From assembly GCF_036321535.1 (NCBI RefSeq), contig NC_087437.1, positions 81,966,001 to 82,030,000 on the forward strand: a DNA stretch of 64,000 nucleotides, read 5' to 3'. A model generated the notes under the pieces. It was not told where the DNA came from and made no database searches. It was given only the letters and a program-made list of their open reading frames with translations. The stretch comes from Camelus dromedarius (lineage: Eukaryota). A program made the position numbers and the translations under genes. Below are positions 13,485 to 25,560 of this stretch, in pieces (the first letter of the stretch is position 1; the number at the start of each line of letters is the position of its first letter).

Positions 13485-13725
13485 GAGGCATGAGTTTTAA
13501 GAGTGCAGGATCTAGAGCCAGGTTGCCTAAATTCAAATCTCAGTTCTGCCACTTGTTAGCTGTGCAACCTTCATTTATGCTTCCATTTCTTTGCTGTTAA
13601 TGGAGAGAATAATATTCCATACTTCATAGGGTTGTTGTGAGAACTGAATGAGATAAAACAGATAAAATGCTTAGAAGAATGCCTGGCATGTAGTAACTGC
13701 TCAATAAATATTAATTATTATCATC
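13485..13725 (+). mobile_element. MIR SINE, near full length
   Basis: taagagtgcaggatctagagccagg...ttcaaatctcagttctgccactt...catagggttgttgtgagaa...gcctggcatgtagtaactgctcaataaatatt. Confidence 0.9.
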
Positions 13726-14084
13726 ATTACCATCACTATATCCATCACTGTCTTTCTATCTCCAATGTCTAACAGAGTAAATAAATGTGTGATGGAGGGA
13801 ATTAAGAGAGACCATGAGTTGTAAAGAGAACACATTATGTGACTTGTTAAAATTTTGAAAGTGAATGTTTTAAATTTCTCTGAATAGATATTATAACTTC
13901 AAGGCAGAGTGTCTCATTGGTATCACCTGACAGTTGGTTACTGACAAGTAAAATATGTAAATAATAAATATGTAAGACAATAAACACATTCAAGTTCTGC
14001 TTATATAGCCTGATTGTTATGATAAGGCTACAGAACAATTCTCAGCTGAAAATTATCACTGGGATTATCTCCTTAAGCATTGTC

Positions 14085-14266
14085 TTTTTTTTTTTTATTG
14101 AGTTATAGTTAGTTTACAATGTTGTGTCAATTTCCAGTGTAGAACACAATTTTTCAGTTATACATGAACATATTCACTGTTGCATTCTTTTTCACCGTGA
14201 GCTACCACAAGATCTTGTATACATTTCCCTATGCTATACAGTATAATCTTGTTTATCTATTCTATA
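14085..14266 (-). mobile_element. Young 5'-truncated lineage-specific (camelid-type) L1 3' end with perfect TSD
   Basis: Poly-T, then attgagttatagttagtttacaatgttgtgtcaatttccagtgtag...gctatacagtataatcttgtttatctattctata. TSD ccttaagcattgtc(tttttt) at 14071-84 and 14267-80. Confidence 0.9.
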
Positions 14267-15008
14267 CCTTAAGCATTGTCTTTTTTAACTGTAATCTCTT
14301 TCCTAGTTAGAATCATCAGACACATTTACTGCATATCCATATGTAGTATTTAGATTTCTGTGGATTTCCTATAAGATGCAGACCCACAAATCCATCTCTT
14401 CTAAATATGCTATTGATAACCTATGCCAGAAAAAAGGCACAGTGGCAAGAATCATTTTATATCCAAGGAGAAAGGATGTCATAAAAATCACCTCCTCATC
14501 CCCTTCACTTCACAAATCACGACATGGAGCTCAGAGAAAGACAGTGTCTTAGCTAAGTCTCCCAGCTGATTTGTGACAGAATTTTTTTTCACACAACTTT
14601 CGTCTATCTAATTCAGTGCACTTTTCATGTCCCCAAGTTTCAAGAACTATTTTCATAAACCTTACACTTGAAAGTGTATCACTTGTACTAAGGAAGCCAC
14701 ACCATAAATAATGAACTTAGTGCATGACACACAGTGAGCCTTCAATAAATGCTTGTAGAATGATGGCTGGAGGGATGAACAGAGGCTTAGCTGGCTGGCT
14801 GTGAAGTCCTCAAGGTTTCTAAACTGTCCTGACACTCAGGTCTTTCAAGTGGTGCCAGCAAGCTGGGACTGGTAAGAATTATTTCTTAAACAGAGTATCC
14901 AGGAAAGACACAAAGCCATTCTTTCAATCTTTTTTTCTTTCCCCTCTGTATTCATGGCTCACCTCTCATTAGATGAAACAGATAATCAAATAAACTTGCT
15001 TTGGTTCC

Positions 15009-15095
15009 TTTTTTTTTTAATGGAGGTACTGGGGATTGAACCCAGGACTTCATGCATGCTAAGCATGTGCTCTACCACTGAGCTACACTCACCCC
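15009..15095 (-). mobile_element. tRNA-Ala(AGC)-derived SINE (camelid vic-1-like)
   Basis: Reverse complement: ggggtgagtgtagctcagtggtagagcacatgcttagcatgcatgaagtcctgggttcaatccccagtacctcca-tt-A10. It has A and B boxes, a genomic CCA, an A tail and TSD gctttggttc (14998-15007, 15098-15107). Confidence 0.88.
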
Positions 15096-15174
15096 TGGCT
15101 TTGGTTCATGAATTTTTTTTCCAACTATAAAGGTAATGCAGAATCATTATAAAATTTGGAGGAATAAAAATAAA

Positions 15175-15245
15175 TTTAATAATAACATTAATAACCAATA
15201 ACATTAATAACTATTAATAACATTAATAACTAAAACAATAATACC
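15175..15245. repeat. Degenerate AT-rich tandem (aataacattaataac)n at a MIR tail
   Basis: About 3 copies of aataacattaataac seen directly. Confidence 0.7.
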
Positions 15246-15482
15246 TAATATTTATTGAGTGGTACCAGATGTGTTGCAAATAATCTGATGTGTTGACTGA
15301 TTCAATCCTCACAGCAACTTTATATTATAAACACACTACTACTATCATTCTCATTTTACAGATGAGAAAACTGAGGCACAGAGGTATTAATTAACTTGCC
15401 CAAAGTTTTACAGTCAACAAATAATGGAGAAGAGATCTGAACTCAAGCAATGTGATTCCAGAATCATGGTCTTAACCACTTA
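15245..15482 (-). mobile_element. MIR SINE
   Basis: atatttattgag...aatcctcacagcaac...cattttacagatgagaaaactgaggcacagag...aacttgcccaa. Confidence 0.9.
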
Positions 15483-15539
15483 ACCATGGTCTTTTATACC
15501 GAAACTGTTCAAATTTTTGTTTCCAATGCAAATTATAAA

Positions 15540-16640
15540 GAAAAGAACTGATTTAAAAATGGATAAACTTGACTAAATTAAAATGTAAAACTTCTATACT
15601 GCAAAATATATAATAATAAACTGAAAATGCAAGCTACAGGCCAGAAAAGATAATGATAAAACATATAATCAACAAAACAGTAATTTATAGAATGTGTAAT
15701 GAATTCTTACAAATTCATAAGAAAAAGACAACTAATACAAGAAAAAAATGGGCAAAGACTATGAACGAGCAATTTACAAAGAAAACCAAAAGATCTCTCA
15801 ACATGTAAAAGGATGCCCACTCTCATTAATTCAGGATGCAAATTAAGACATCAGATACTATCTCACTTACCAAATTGGGAAAAATTATAAATTTCATAAC
15901 AGCAAGTGTTGATAAAGATATGGAGCAATGAGAATTCTCATACTCTACTGTAAACTGGTACTCATTTAGGAGAGCAATAATCCTTAGCACTGTTGAGAAG
16001 ACACATACAGCACAGTCCAGAAATTCCATTTCTATGCTCTACAGGTCACTATCTGGAGAAATGCATGTACACAGGACATGTACATGGGAAAAAATGTACA
16101 AGAATGTTCATAGCAGCATTTTTTCTAATACTAAAAAAACTAAACTATTTAAATATCCATCAACAGTAAAACAGATAAGTAAATGGTGGACTATTCATAT
16201 AAAGCAAAACTATACAGCAATCAAAATATGTAAAATAAATAAAATGAAGCAAGGAAGAATCTCAAAAATATAGGATGAAAAGCATTTTCAGAACAATACA
16301 CTTGATATGCTATTTAAATAAGGTTTAAAAATCTGCAAAAAAATATTATATATTGTTCAGCAATATATACACATGCTTTAAAGTACAAAGTAAAGTATAA
16401 AACATGCATGAGAATGATAAACACCAAATTCAAGACAGTTACTTTTGTCTTGACGTAGGAAGGGTATAGAGAGGGTTAAGGAAGAGATACACAGAGGCTT
16501 TGACTGTATCTGTAGTATTTTACTTAAAAAATTTTCTAACGTATATAATAAATTAAATTTTACAAATCTGTGTGGTAGCATGTAGTAATTCATTATATTT
16601 CCACATTTTTCTGTATGCTTGAGCTTTTTCAAATTTTTAA
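15540..16640 (+). mobile_element. Old L1 (L1ME-like) ORF2 3' part and 3'UTR
   Basis: aaaaaatgggcaaagactatgaac...atgcaaattaagaca...gatatggagcaatgagaattctcatac...aagaatgttcatagcagcatt...atccatcaacagtaaaacagataagtaaat. Confidence 0.85.
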
Positions 16641-17588
16641 AGAAATATTATTACAAACTAAAAGCAAGGTACCAATGATGATGAAAGTTTCATGATTTGT
16701 AGGGATGAGTAAAATTAACAATCTGCTTGTACATCAGTGAGGTAGACTATAAGTTCAATTGATATTTTCTCTTTTCATTAGAAACCTCAAAGTTGGAAAA
16801 ATTTATCTTGCTATTGCAAATTAATTTGGATAATTATATAATCAGATGTGGAACTAATATGTCTCTCACAAATTAATCTATTTTATGCTGTTTCTATAAC
16901 AGTCAACTACTATAGGCACTCATGTACTTATTTTGGAAATAAGAGTCCTAAAGATAAATCCTTGAGTTATCCAAGGTAGCTCTGGAATTTTAGCAGAATG
17001 TCTGGGATACAGCCAGGGATCAAACCTTCATTCCTTCAATACTAGACTACATTCACCGTCATAACAAAATAACCCAAAGTATTTTGTAGCAGTAATTCTG
17101 ATGCTTCCATCTTAAACCACCAAAGGCTAAGAAATCTAAAAACTTCTTTTCAACTTCCAAAGGAAACACTACAATGTGAATCTGTAGAAAGTTAGAACAA
17201 TTAGCAAATTTAGTATTTCACAATTATGTTAAGTACAGCTTAAGTAAGCACTTAGGCCAAGGTTGGAGGTATGACCTGGGTCTCTGAGGTGGAATGCTTG
17301 GCGGGTGTAGTTCAAATACAGTCTGTTTATTCATGGACATAAGTGGCCTTAATCAAAGCAGAACACATATTTTAAAATGTTGATTTTAAAAACAGAAGTG
17401 TAAATAAGACTGTGATTTATGAATCTGTTAATGCCCTTCTCTGCTGTAGACTTCAGAAAGATCGAGTCTTTGGCTGCAGTAAATATAACAAGAGTGCAGA
17501 CTTGTTAAAGCAGTAATAGGTGCTCTTATTAAAACCCCACTTGCATTAAGAGTTACAAATTGTCTTCCTTCTTTCCAGACCATAAGGA

Positions 17589-17831
17589 ATGCGTTCCAGA
17601 AGCAATGACACGGAGGGCTCAGCCCAAAAGCCATTTCCAAGACACAGTAAAGATCACAGTTTCCAAGGGCCTGAGGACATGAAACAGAGACAGCAAGACA
17701 AAGACCTCACCAGTGAGTCAGATGCAATCCTTCCACATCCTAACTCACACAGTGGTAATGGCCACCAAGGAGAAGACCTCTCAAGAGATGACCTATTATT
17801 TCTTCTCAGCATTCTGGAGGGAGAATTGCAG
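17589..17831 (+). CDS. FILIP1L: FILIP1L first coding exon (exon 17579-17831 with 10 nt of 5'UTR); codons 1-81, [10 protein letters not shown]...[10 protein letters not shown]
   Basis: The translation matches the FILIP1L N-terminus as I recall it ([14 protein letters not shown]...[19 protein letters not shown]). Acceptor tcttccttctttccag ends at 17578. An in-frame TAA (17583-85) sits two codons before the ATG, which has G at -3. Donor CAG|gtcagc at 17832, phase 0. Confidence 0.97.
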
Positions 17832-18574
17832 GTCAGCTGGATTAGAATTAGCCCCCTCATGCTTTAAGGGGAAGGCTGCTTATGAATTTGGTGTGTAGCT
17901 GCCACAAAAATAGGTATCTGTGGTTCATACTTGTATGTGTATGAAAGCAAAGTGTTAAGTACACATACACAGCATTCTCTGCTGGAAACATGAAAGGCAA
18001 TCAATCACATCTAAAAGGACTGTCATTATGACATATGATTGGCGTGCACATTGTGAAAGGTCACATCCTCTGCCTATGCTGCACACAAGCTTCAGTGCAC
18101 AGGCACGTACAGGTAACAGTAATACCAGATGACTTCTGGATTGGTTTAAATAACAATAGCCGCTTTTGTACCTCACGTGAACTGGCTCCTAGACTTGCCC
18201 TGGCATTATTAACTTACATAAAAAACTAAAAACAGCTGCTACATAAATAGGAGAATCTTATTTCCTATCCCTGGAAACGAAAATGCCAGTCCACTGAGAG
18301 ATATCATGTTATCCGCTTGTCAAACACAATAAAAATGTAGAGCCCCCCAATGTTGTATAATGATCATGTTTAAAAACATTATTAATGTGTAATTAGACTA
18401 TAAGAAGAATGAAGGGGCACAGTTTTGCTACCTTTTCTAAAAGGTCCTATAACCAAATATGATATGTTTATATTTGAAAGAGAAGAAAAAAAACACTCAA
18501 CTATCACAAGAAATCACTTGCAGAGACTGCTGGTAGATAAAGCAGGCTTTCTGAAATGCCTTTTGTTCCTACAG

Positions 18575-18748
18575 GCTCGAGATGAAGTCATAGGCATTTT
18601 AAAGGCTGAAAAAATGGACTTGGCTTTGCTGGAAGCTCAGTATGGGTTTGTCACTCCAAAAAAGGTGTTAGAGGCTCTCCAGCGAGATGCTTTTCAAGCA
18701 AAATCTGCACCTTGGCAGGAAGACATCTATGAGAAACCAATGAATGAG
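18575..18748 (+). CDS. FILIP1L: FILIP1L second coding exon (174 nt, phase 0-0), [25 protein letters not shown]...[10 protein letters not shown]; CortBP2-family domain
   Basis: Acceptor ttttgttcctacag ends at 18574 and donor GAG|gtatgt starts at 18749. The peptide continues the previous exon in frame and is typical of the FILIP1/FILIP1L/CTTNBP2 N-terminal domain. Confidence 0.97.
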
Positions 18749-19030
18749 GTATGTATCACATCAAGGGTGTGTACCTAGGGAGACAGAGCAAGTTCACCAG
18801 CCAGTCAAGCACTAGGCCTGGCAGGTGAGCATGACATATAACTCCTTTTTTGATTATTTACAGTTCTATGTTTAAAATCTACCCAACGTAGATAAACACT
18901 ACATGTTCTACAGGAAAGGAAAAGAGAATAAATCATGGACAGGATGTTTCCACTAGGCTTGTTTCTTCACATTAGACTAAAACCTAACACATGCAAGAGA
19001 ATTCCTCTCTCTCCCTTTTCCCCTCTCTCT

Positions 19031-19119
19031 CACACACACATGCAGGGACACACACACACAAAACACACACAGAGAGACACAGACACTCAGACCTACACAC
19101 ACACACACACACACACACA
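19031..19119 (+). repeat. Compound (CA)n/(GA)n microsatellite
   Basis: Seen directly; ends in a pure (AC)12 run. Confidence 0.95.
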
Positions 19120-21104
19120 GGTCTGTACTTCTTTTGGAGACTTGAAGGTAATAAAAACAGATAAACTTCAACCATGAAGGTTAATTTCTTTGAAAACACT
19201 GAAGTATTATGTCATAGAAATTTTGAGCGTGAATGGAAATGATCTGAAGAACTAACCAAGAAATAGAGTTTTAGAAAGCATGTATTTTAGATGAGCACAT
19301 ATCTTCTGTTTCCTTCAAAAGTTTAACGACAATAAAGACTTTTCCCCACCAAGTGTGCCCAGCAATGACAATGGCAAAGATCAGCAGTCCCAAAATGGCC
19401 ACCACTGCACAAAGATGAGGAACTGCTTGCTCTTTTTCACTTGCTGACATTTCTGAAACTCCTTGGCATCCTTATTTTATTCTTCTGTTTTCCTCCGAGA
19501 CCTTAGTGGAAAATTTCATAATTTTTCATTTTTATAAAAAGGAGACAACTAGAAACATGAGTGAAGGCTGGAGAGGGTGAAAGCAAGTTTTGGACAAATT
19601 TCCCCACATACGCTCTGGCAACCCACCTCGGAAGTGACCTCTAATGTCCTTGCTATTCTTGTCTTGGGTGTCTCATGAGAGATGACTACTGTCTTGCCAA
19701 ATCATGAAGGAGTTTGGTCATATGGATCTGCTTCTCTGAGCGGTGACGATGAGACCACCCAAAGTCTGTTGATTGCACTTTAATCCAAATTTTAAACAAG
19801 AGAAGCCGAAGCCGCCTTCAAGTCAATAGTGTTAAAACTATATCCTGGCTCCCAACAGTGACTGCGAAACAGCATTAGGCACAAATTCCCTAACTCCTAT
19901 GAGCACAAATGCAAATTAATGATCAGTGAACATATCCTCCCTCCTCCACAAATGGTACAATCCCTTGACACACAAATGTGAAATGAAACAGAATGATTAC
20001 AAACTTATGCTGAAATCACTGGGAGAAAGTTTTAGTTACAAAATAATTCTATTGTACAGATGCAAAATTGGAAATACCCTCTCTATAAATGCTTGAAATC
20101 CTAACTCTGCAAAGTATCTCTACAAGTTACCCATTATTTGGTCCTGCTTTATAAATCCAACCTTGAGTCTTTCCCAACAGATACCCCTACACACATATAC
20201 AGACACACACACACTTCTCACATTTTCACCTCTATGATTTGTCTATTTTCTTCTCTAGCCTACTACTTCCCCTTACAGATTTCTCTCTCCTTAGCTATCA
20301 GTCTACACAGTTCCTTGAAGCTCATATAACTCTACCTACACAACAACTCAGTTGCCTACCTTTTTCCTCTCTAGGAAGTAATGGGTGAAAGGGGGATATC
20401 CAGAGAAGAAACAGTAAAGGGAAATTCTGAATAGCAATCCCTAGGTAGGGCCAAAGAAAAGAAAGAGAGGCTAGCATTCCCACTAAGACCATTCCTGCTG
20501 GCACCCTAATTACACCAGGATAAGGATCTGCATGCTAAAAATTTATTATTATTTTGTTTTCTCCCATCCCTCTACTTTAATTTTCCTCATAATATTATTT
20601 TTTTAAATGTTAAAAATTTCAACCATGTCTAAGGTAAACCAAAAGGGATTTATCTATTCACAAGGCAAAATACCTTAGAAAAACAAACTATTCTCAACTA
20701 CGTCACATGTTAGGAACACTGACTTAAGGTAGAGGCCTGCAAGCTAGAACAAAGGATGTAGATGGGGAGAGAGGATAGCTGGGTTGTCAAGAGGGAAAGA
20801 AGAATTCAGAGTCCGCAAAAGTTTTAACATCCTATTCCTTTCCAACCTAGGGTTCTATATTAAAAGTTACCTTAAATGCTTGATACCTTAGATACTTGAG
20901 TTAGTGTCCTAACATACTTTTAGTTCTTCCAAAAAAGATATCAAGAAAAATATAACAACAGTGTTGATTTATCAAGATACTATAATAAAAGGATCTGCAT
21001 ACCTTATTAGTGTTATCTGAGGGCAATTCTTAAAATACTTATGTTTAGTAGTTGTATAATTCACCTTTAAATTTCATTTTATAATTTTCATTGTAAAAAA
21101 TAGT

Positions 21105-21310
21105 CATAGTTCCTGTCTTCAGGGTGCTTAATGTCTAAAAGAGTGACAGACTACAAATGATCACACAAGTAAGTATGCAATTACACATTATGTTAATTTT
21201 TATGCTGAAAACCACAAAGCTCTATGAGAGAGCATAATGGGGGATCAAATTTAGATAGAAGAATCAAAATCCAAGATCTAGAGAATGAATAGGGGTTAGT
21301 CATCAGATAG
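21105..21310 (-). mobile_element. L2 fragment (may continue at ~22010-22680)
   Basis: catagttcctgtcttcagggtgcttaatgtcta...ctatgagagagcataatgggggatc. Confidence 0.55.
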
Positions 21311-21414
21311 AACATAAAGAAATTCTATTTCCAGCAACATTGTGGAGGGTATCATTAAATCATATCACTAAAAATAGATGAAAACATTAGATAAAATATC
21401 TAACAATCTCCCAG

Positions 21415-21972
21415 TACACGAATGAGATTTACATGGAGCTACAGAAATCCTGAATCCAGGAACTAAAGGGGAAATTTACATAGACTAGCTTCTGGCTCCA
21501 TATATTTTTAACCCTTCTCCTCTCCAATCCACAAATTCCCTCCCAGTGCTGGGAAACAAACGACATATTCATTTTGCAATGTAGACTCTGGCCTTTCACC
21601 TTTGACAATGGCTGGATGAATTGGCATAGTGGTAGTAACAGCATTTCTGGAAGCCTTTCCTATAGCAAGATGACTAGCAATAATTCTATTATACATGGAG
21701 GTGCCTGTGAAACCAACTGAATGTTCCTTTAGCAGGACCCCAAAAATGTTCATACCTTCTCCAAAGGAATGAAAGGAAGTATGATGGATCACAAGTAGAA
21801 GGTAAAAAAAGCAGAGGTCTTAACTGATAACAGCACATAATACTTAATGTATTATTTTTATAAATTTTACAAAATTTATGGCTAGGTGAACACATTGGTC
21901 CAAGCAGGCCCTTGGAAGATACCTATGCAAATGAAGAACCCTAAAACCCAAGCTTCACAATAAATCCTTCTC
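21415..21972 (-). mobile_element. hAT-Tip100 DNA transposon fossil (Arthur1-like)
   Basis: catagactagcttctggctccatatatttt and gtgaacacatt...ccttggaag...tgcaaatgaagaaccctaaaacccaagcttcac...taaatcc match the reverse complement of an Arthur1-type 5' end as recalled. Confidence 0.65.
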
Positions 21973-23269
21973 TCTCTTTCTCTTCCTGCCTGTGTACATA
22001 TGTGTGCATTTTTAGGAGAGGAAGACTTAATCATATTTGCAGGCACACTTTGAAGGGACAGAGGTGGATCAAAGGCATAAGGGGTAGAGAATCATAGGTG
22101 GGACAAGGACTGGAAGGAGATGGTAAGGGAGGGACAAAAACTACATATAGGTGAAGAGGTTAAGAATGTAGATGGATATAGTTAGTTAACAGTAGCAGAC
22201 ATAGAATAAAAATACAGTATTTATGCTTGAGGAACTCTATTTAGACAAGTAGGAGATAAAAGTAAGAAGGTAAGGATGTGTCCAGGTCTAGTACTTAGAG
22301 AGAATTAGCATGGGCTCCAAAAAGGTGCCTTGAGGAAAGAGAAAGGATGCTGACCAGGCATAAGGAAAAAGCCAGATGGAAAGTCCAGCTAAATCTGGAA
22401 ATCACCCAGAATGACCAACAAAAAAAATACTGACAGTAAAAAGGTAGATTGTGAGAGTGATCGGAAGCTCTGGAGATGACCAAAAGACTATCACCATTCA
22501 GAAAGATGATAAAACAAGAGTTTTCAGAACAGTCTGGCAGTGGTAGTGCAGAGCCATGAAAATCATGCCCTCATTTCAGGATCTAGGATACTAGGGCAAT
22601 GTGAGAATGAGCAGTCTCTATTTTAGGACTTCAGTATTACCCAGGAAAACCAGGTTTCAGTAAAGACAGAGAAGAAGACAGAACATTTTATGAATAGCAT
22701 GTTTAGTTATCTTCGGTCTACTAAAATGGCCAAATAATTTCTCTGTTGTCTGGACTAGCTTTAACTCTACCGGTATATTCAGGGTAATCAAAGAAAAAGA
22801 CAATCTTCAAAAAGTCAATGCAAGAGAACAAAGAGAACCAAAGCCATAGCACAGAAAGAAAGTGATACCCCAAATTAGGGTAGTCTGTGACTTGGGAGCT
22901 ATTAAAACAAAGGTCATTATTCTTTTCTAAACATATATTAAGTGCCCAAAAGCATAAAGGTGGAAAACCTCCCTGTTCTTCATTCCGTTTGACCAGGGGA
23001 GGATCCAATCTATCAGAACACATTATACTTTCTTCATCCTAGGCAAGGAGTTGGCTTATATCAGGGGCTATGGGTAGGACATGACATAAGAGAGGCTAAA
23101 ATGATAAGCAGGAAGCTTGTCATTGCATGGTAAACATTAAGGAGCTATCTTTTCGATCTTTTTGCCCCTAACACTCCCTTAAGTGACTGAGTCTTCCTGT
23201 TTTCTTCCCCAGGCTTCACTCAATCCGCAAGTGGGGCTAGATAAAAAAGGGGCAGTGGTTCTCTGATAG

Positions 23270-23450
23270 TCCCTTAGTGCTTAATGATATACCACCTTAC
23301 ACTGCTCCTAATTGTTTCATGTCGGTATCTTATCTGCTTAGTGAGAGAATAAAAGCACTGAGACTTTAAACTTCTCTTGCATTCCCCATGGCAACTATCA
23401 CAGTACTAAGTACATACAGCATAATAGGTGCTTAATAGATAGTTGTTGCC
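23270..23450 (+). mobile_element. L2 3' end
   Basis: ttgcattccccatggcaactatcacagtactaagtacatacag...gtgcttaatagatagttgttg. Confidence 0.55.
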
Positions 23451-23554
23451 TTCAGGAAACTGTGGCAATAGAATCGATCTTAGAAATCAAGCCCAACCAC
23501 TACATTTATAATCGAACCTGAAATACAGAATGGTTAAGTGGCTTGGCCAAGCGT

Positions 23555-23558
<4 letters not shown>

Positions 23559-23600
<42 letters not shown>
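23559..23600 (+). repeat. (AC)21 microsatellite inside a decayed MIR
   Basis: Seen directly. Confidence 0.97.
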
Positions 23601-23605
<5 letters not shown>

Positions 23606-23999
23606 CTGGTAGAAAATGGAGTTAAGTTCAGACAGGCTCAGGTCCATCATTTGATCTGTCAGGAATGAGGAAGAGACTGAATTGAGAACCACCGGCATAT
23701 TTTCTAAGCGGTATTCTGGGCATGAAGAAGGTACAAAATGAAACCTCAAGTATAAGCTAAGACATTTCTAGAATCAGTAACACTTTCTTTGAAAGCTTTC
23801 CCTCTTCAAAGTCACTATTTGACAGCTTTCTAATTTCTGTTGTTGACAAACATGACGTCCTTAGCTATTGCACAGAACAGCATGCACTAAGTTAAGGCCA
23901 TCCTTCAAGAGTCATGGAATATGACAGAAGGAAAACCCAGAGAATCAGGCACTTCACTGATATGGAGGAACAAACCAATCCTAAGCTAACCAGGAGTGA

Positions 24000-24345
24000 T
24001 CAGAGAAAGCTATAAAGGAAGAACAGGAAAAGTTTTGGGTAGAAGGGGAAAAGGTTTCTATGTCTCAGTACTGAAAAAAAACAGTCTTGAAGCACCATAG
24101 TGTGTTCCAAGAACTACGTGAAGTCCAGTGTAGCTAAAGCCTGGGTGAGAAAGATGGGAAGGTATGGAATAAGAATGGGGCAGAAGTGTCAGGAGGCCAG
24201 ATGGTGAGAGATGTTTTGGCTCTGAACAGGACAGTGAAGTAATTCCAGTGGTGGAAGATGAAGACAGGCTGGAAGAAGATGAGGCTGAAGAAGGGAGACC
24301 ATTTAAGAGGTTATGTAGTAAATAAAGGGCAATGATTCTTGCCAA
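24000..24345 (-). mobile_element. L2 fragment
   Basis: gtgttccaagaactacgtgaagtccagtgtagct...gaagggagaccatttaagaggttatgtagtaaataaagggcaatgat. Confidence 0.6.
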
Positions 24346-25374
24346 CCTTCCTTCTCTGTCCCTTCAAACAAACAAATAATACAAAGAGGAGAAAAAAAAA
24401 ATGGAAAGCAACAGGAGATCAACTAAACTTCCTCTTTACTCTCTTTGGGTTGAATAAAGTTTAATATTCATGTCCAAACAATTACAACACGCTATCTGAG
24501 GAAAGATTTTTTTTCTTGCATTTATGTAGACTTCTTTAGTCATTCACTTATGCTTTCCTAAATACTTACTATAATTATTCACTTATTATTTCTAGGGTCG
24601 ATCTTGTGACATACTGAATCTTTTTCTAAGTCAACTGTTAAGTTCCCTAAATAAAGGCTGATTCTATCACTATTTCACTCTAACTCCAAAAGCAATTGAT
24701 TTGAATTTCCATTACAATGCACTCAAATGTTTGGGCAACTGGAATGAGTTCTCAGAGGACTGTTGTAGCTTAAGACCCAGGACAATTAACACTACCCACT
24801 CCCTCTCAGAAGATGGTTATTAGTTAAAAGTGACTCTGCCAGTAGGCAACACAACTTAGCAATTTCAGGTTCCACAAAAGGATTGATTACATTTATTAAA
24901 AACCATAAACACCTGTATGACATAAAAAAGTATTTTGTGTGTGTTAAAGTGCCATTATAAGCCCATATTAGAAAACTAGACAACCAGCCTAAGCATTTAG
25001 AGGTTGAATAGAATTAGTTGGGTTCTGTACGCCAGGACAATTTTTTTCTACTCTTTTTCTGAAATGATTTGGCCATTTCATGCCTTGTATTCCTAGTCAA
25101 GTATATGCTTTTCAGGATGTATGATTTTAAACTGACTTCAAATTCAGAGTCACAAATTTTAAATCTTTTAAGATAAAGGCAAAGGGCACAATCAACCAAT
25201 ATTATCAGTTGCAACCTACTATTTAACTAATCTAGAAAGCCATATACTTTCAAAACCACGTTCTTAATTGGATCTTCATTTATCACTGGTCAAAGATCCT
25301 GAGCCACTTTTGTTGTAATCAGCCTACTTCCCTCTCTTCTTTCTTGAATCCTTGTGTGCTTATTTTGTTTTCAA

Positions 25375-25560
25375 TCTGTAAGCATATCCTGAGCACCTAT
25401 TGTAAGTAAGGCACTCCATTAGATGGTAAGAATTTAAGAAAAATAGAATTTAGACCCCACCTTCAAGGAGTTCACAGTCTAGTAGAGGGGACAAACATAA
25501 ATCAGGCACAGGGTAATCATTTTATAATAGATAAGTAGACCACAGAAACCAGAAAAGACT
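25375..25560 (-). mobile_element. L2 3' fragment
   Basis: ctgagcacctattgt...aggcact...ccttcaaggagttcacagtctagtagaggggacaaacataa. Confidence 0.7.

Noticed and set aside
15021..15095. Possible tRNA-Ala gene
   Set aside because: The genomic CCA, A tail, TSD and altered 5' end indicate a retroposed SINE copy.
17832..17867. C-terminal tail [11 protein letters not shown] of the 92-aa ORF
   Set aside because: Read-through past the splice donor at 17832; intronic.
18425..18574. N-terminal 50 aa of the 117-aa ORF
   Set aside because: Intronic sequence upstream of the acceptor at 18574; it starts at TTG and FILIP1L similarity begins only at ARDEV.
18935..19199. HT/CV-repeat ORFs (also at 23534, 50864, 52273, 52357)
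   Set aside because: Translations of CA/TG microsatellites.
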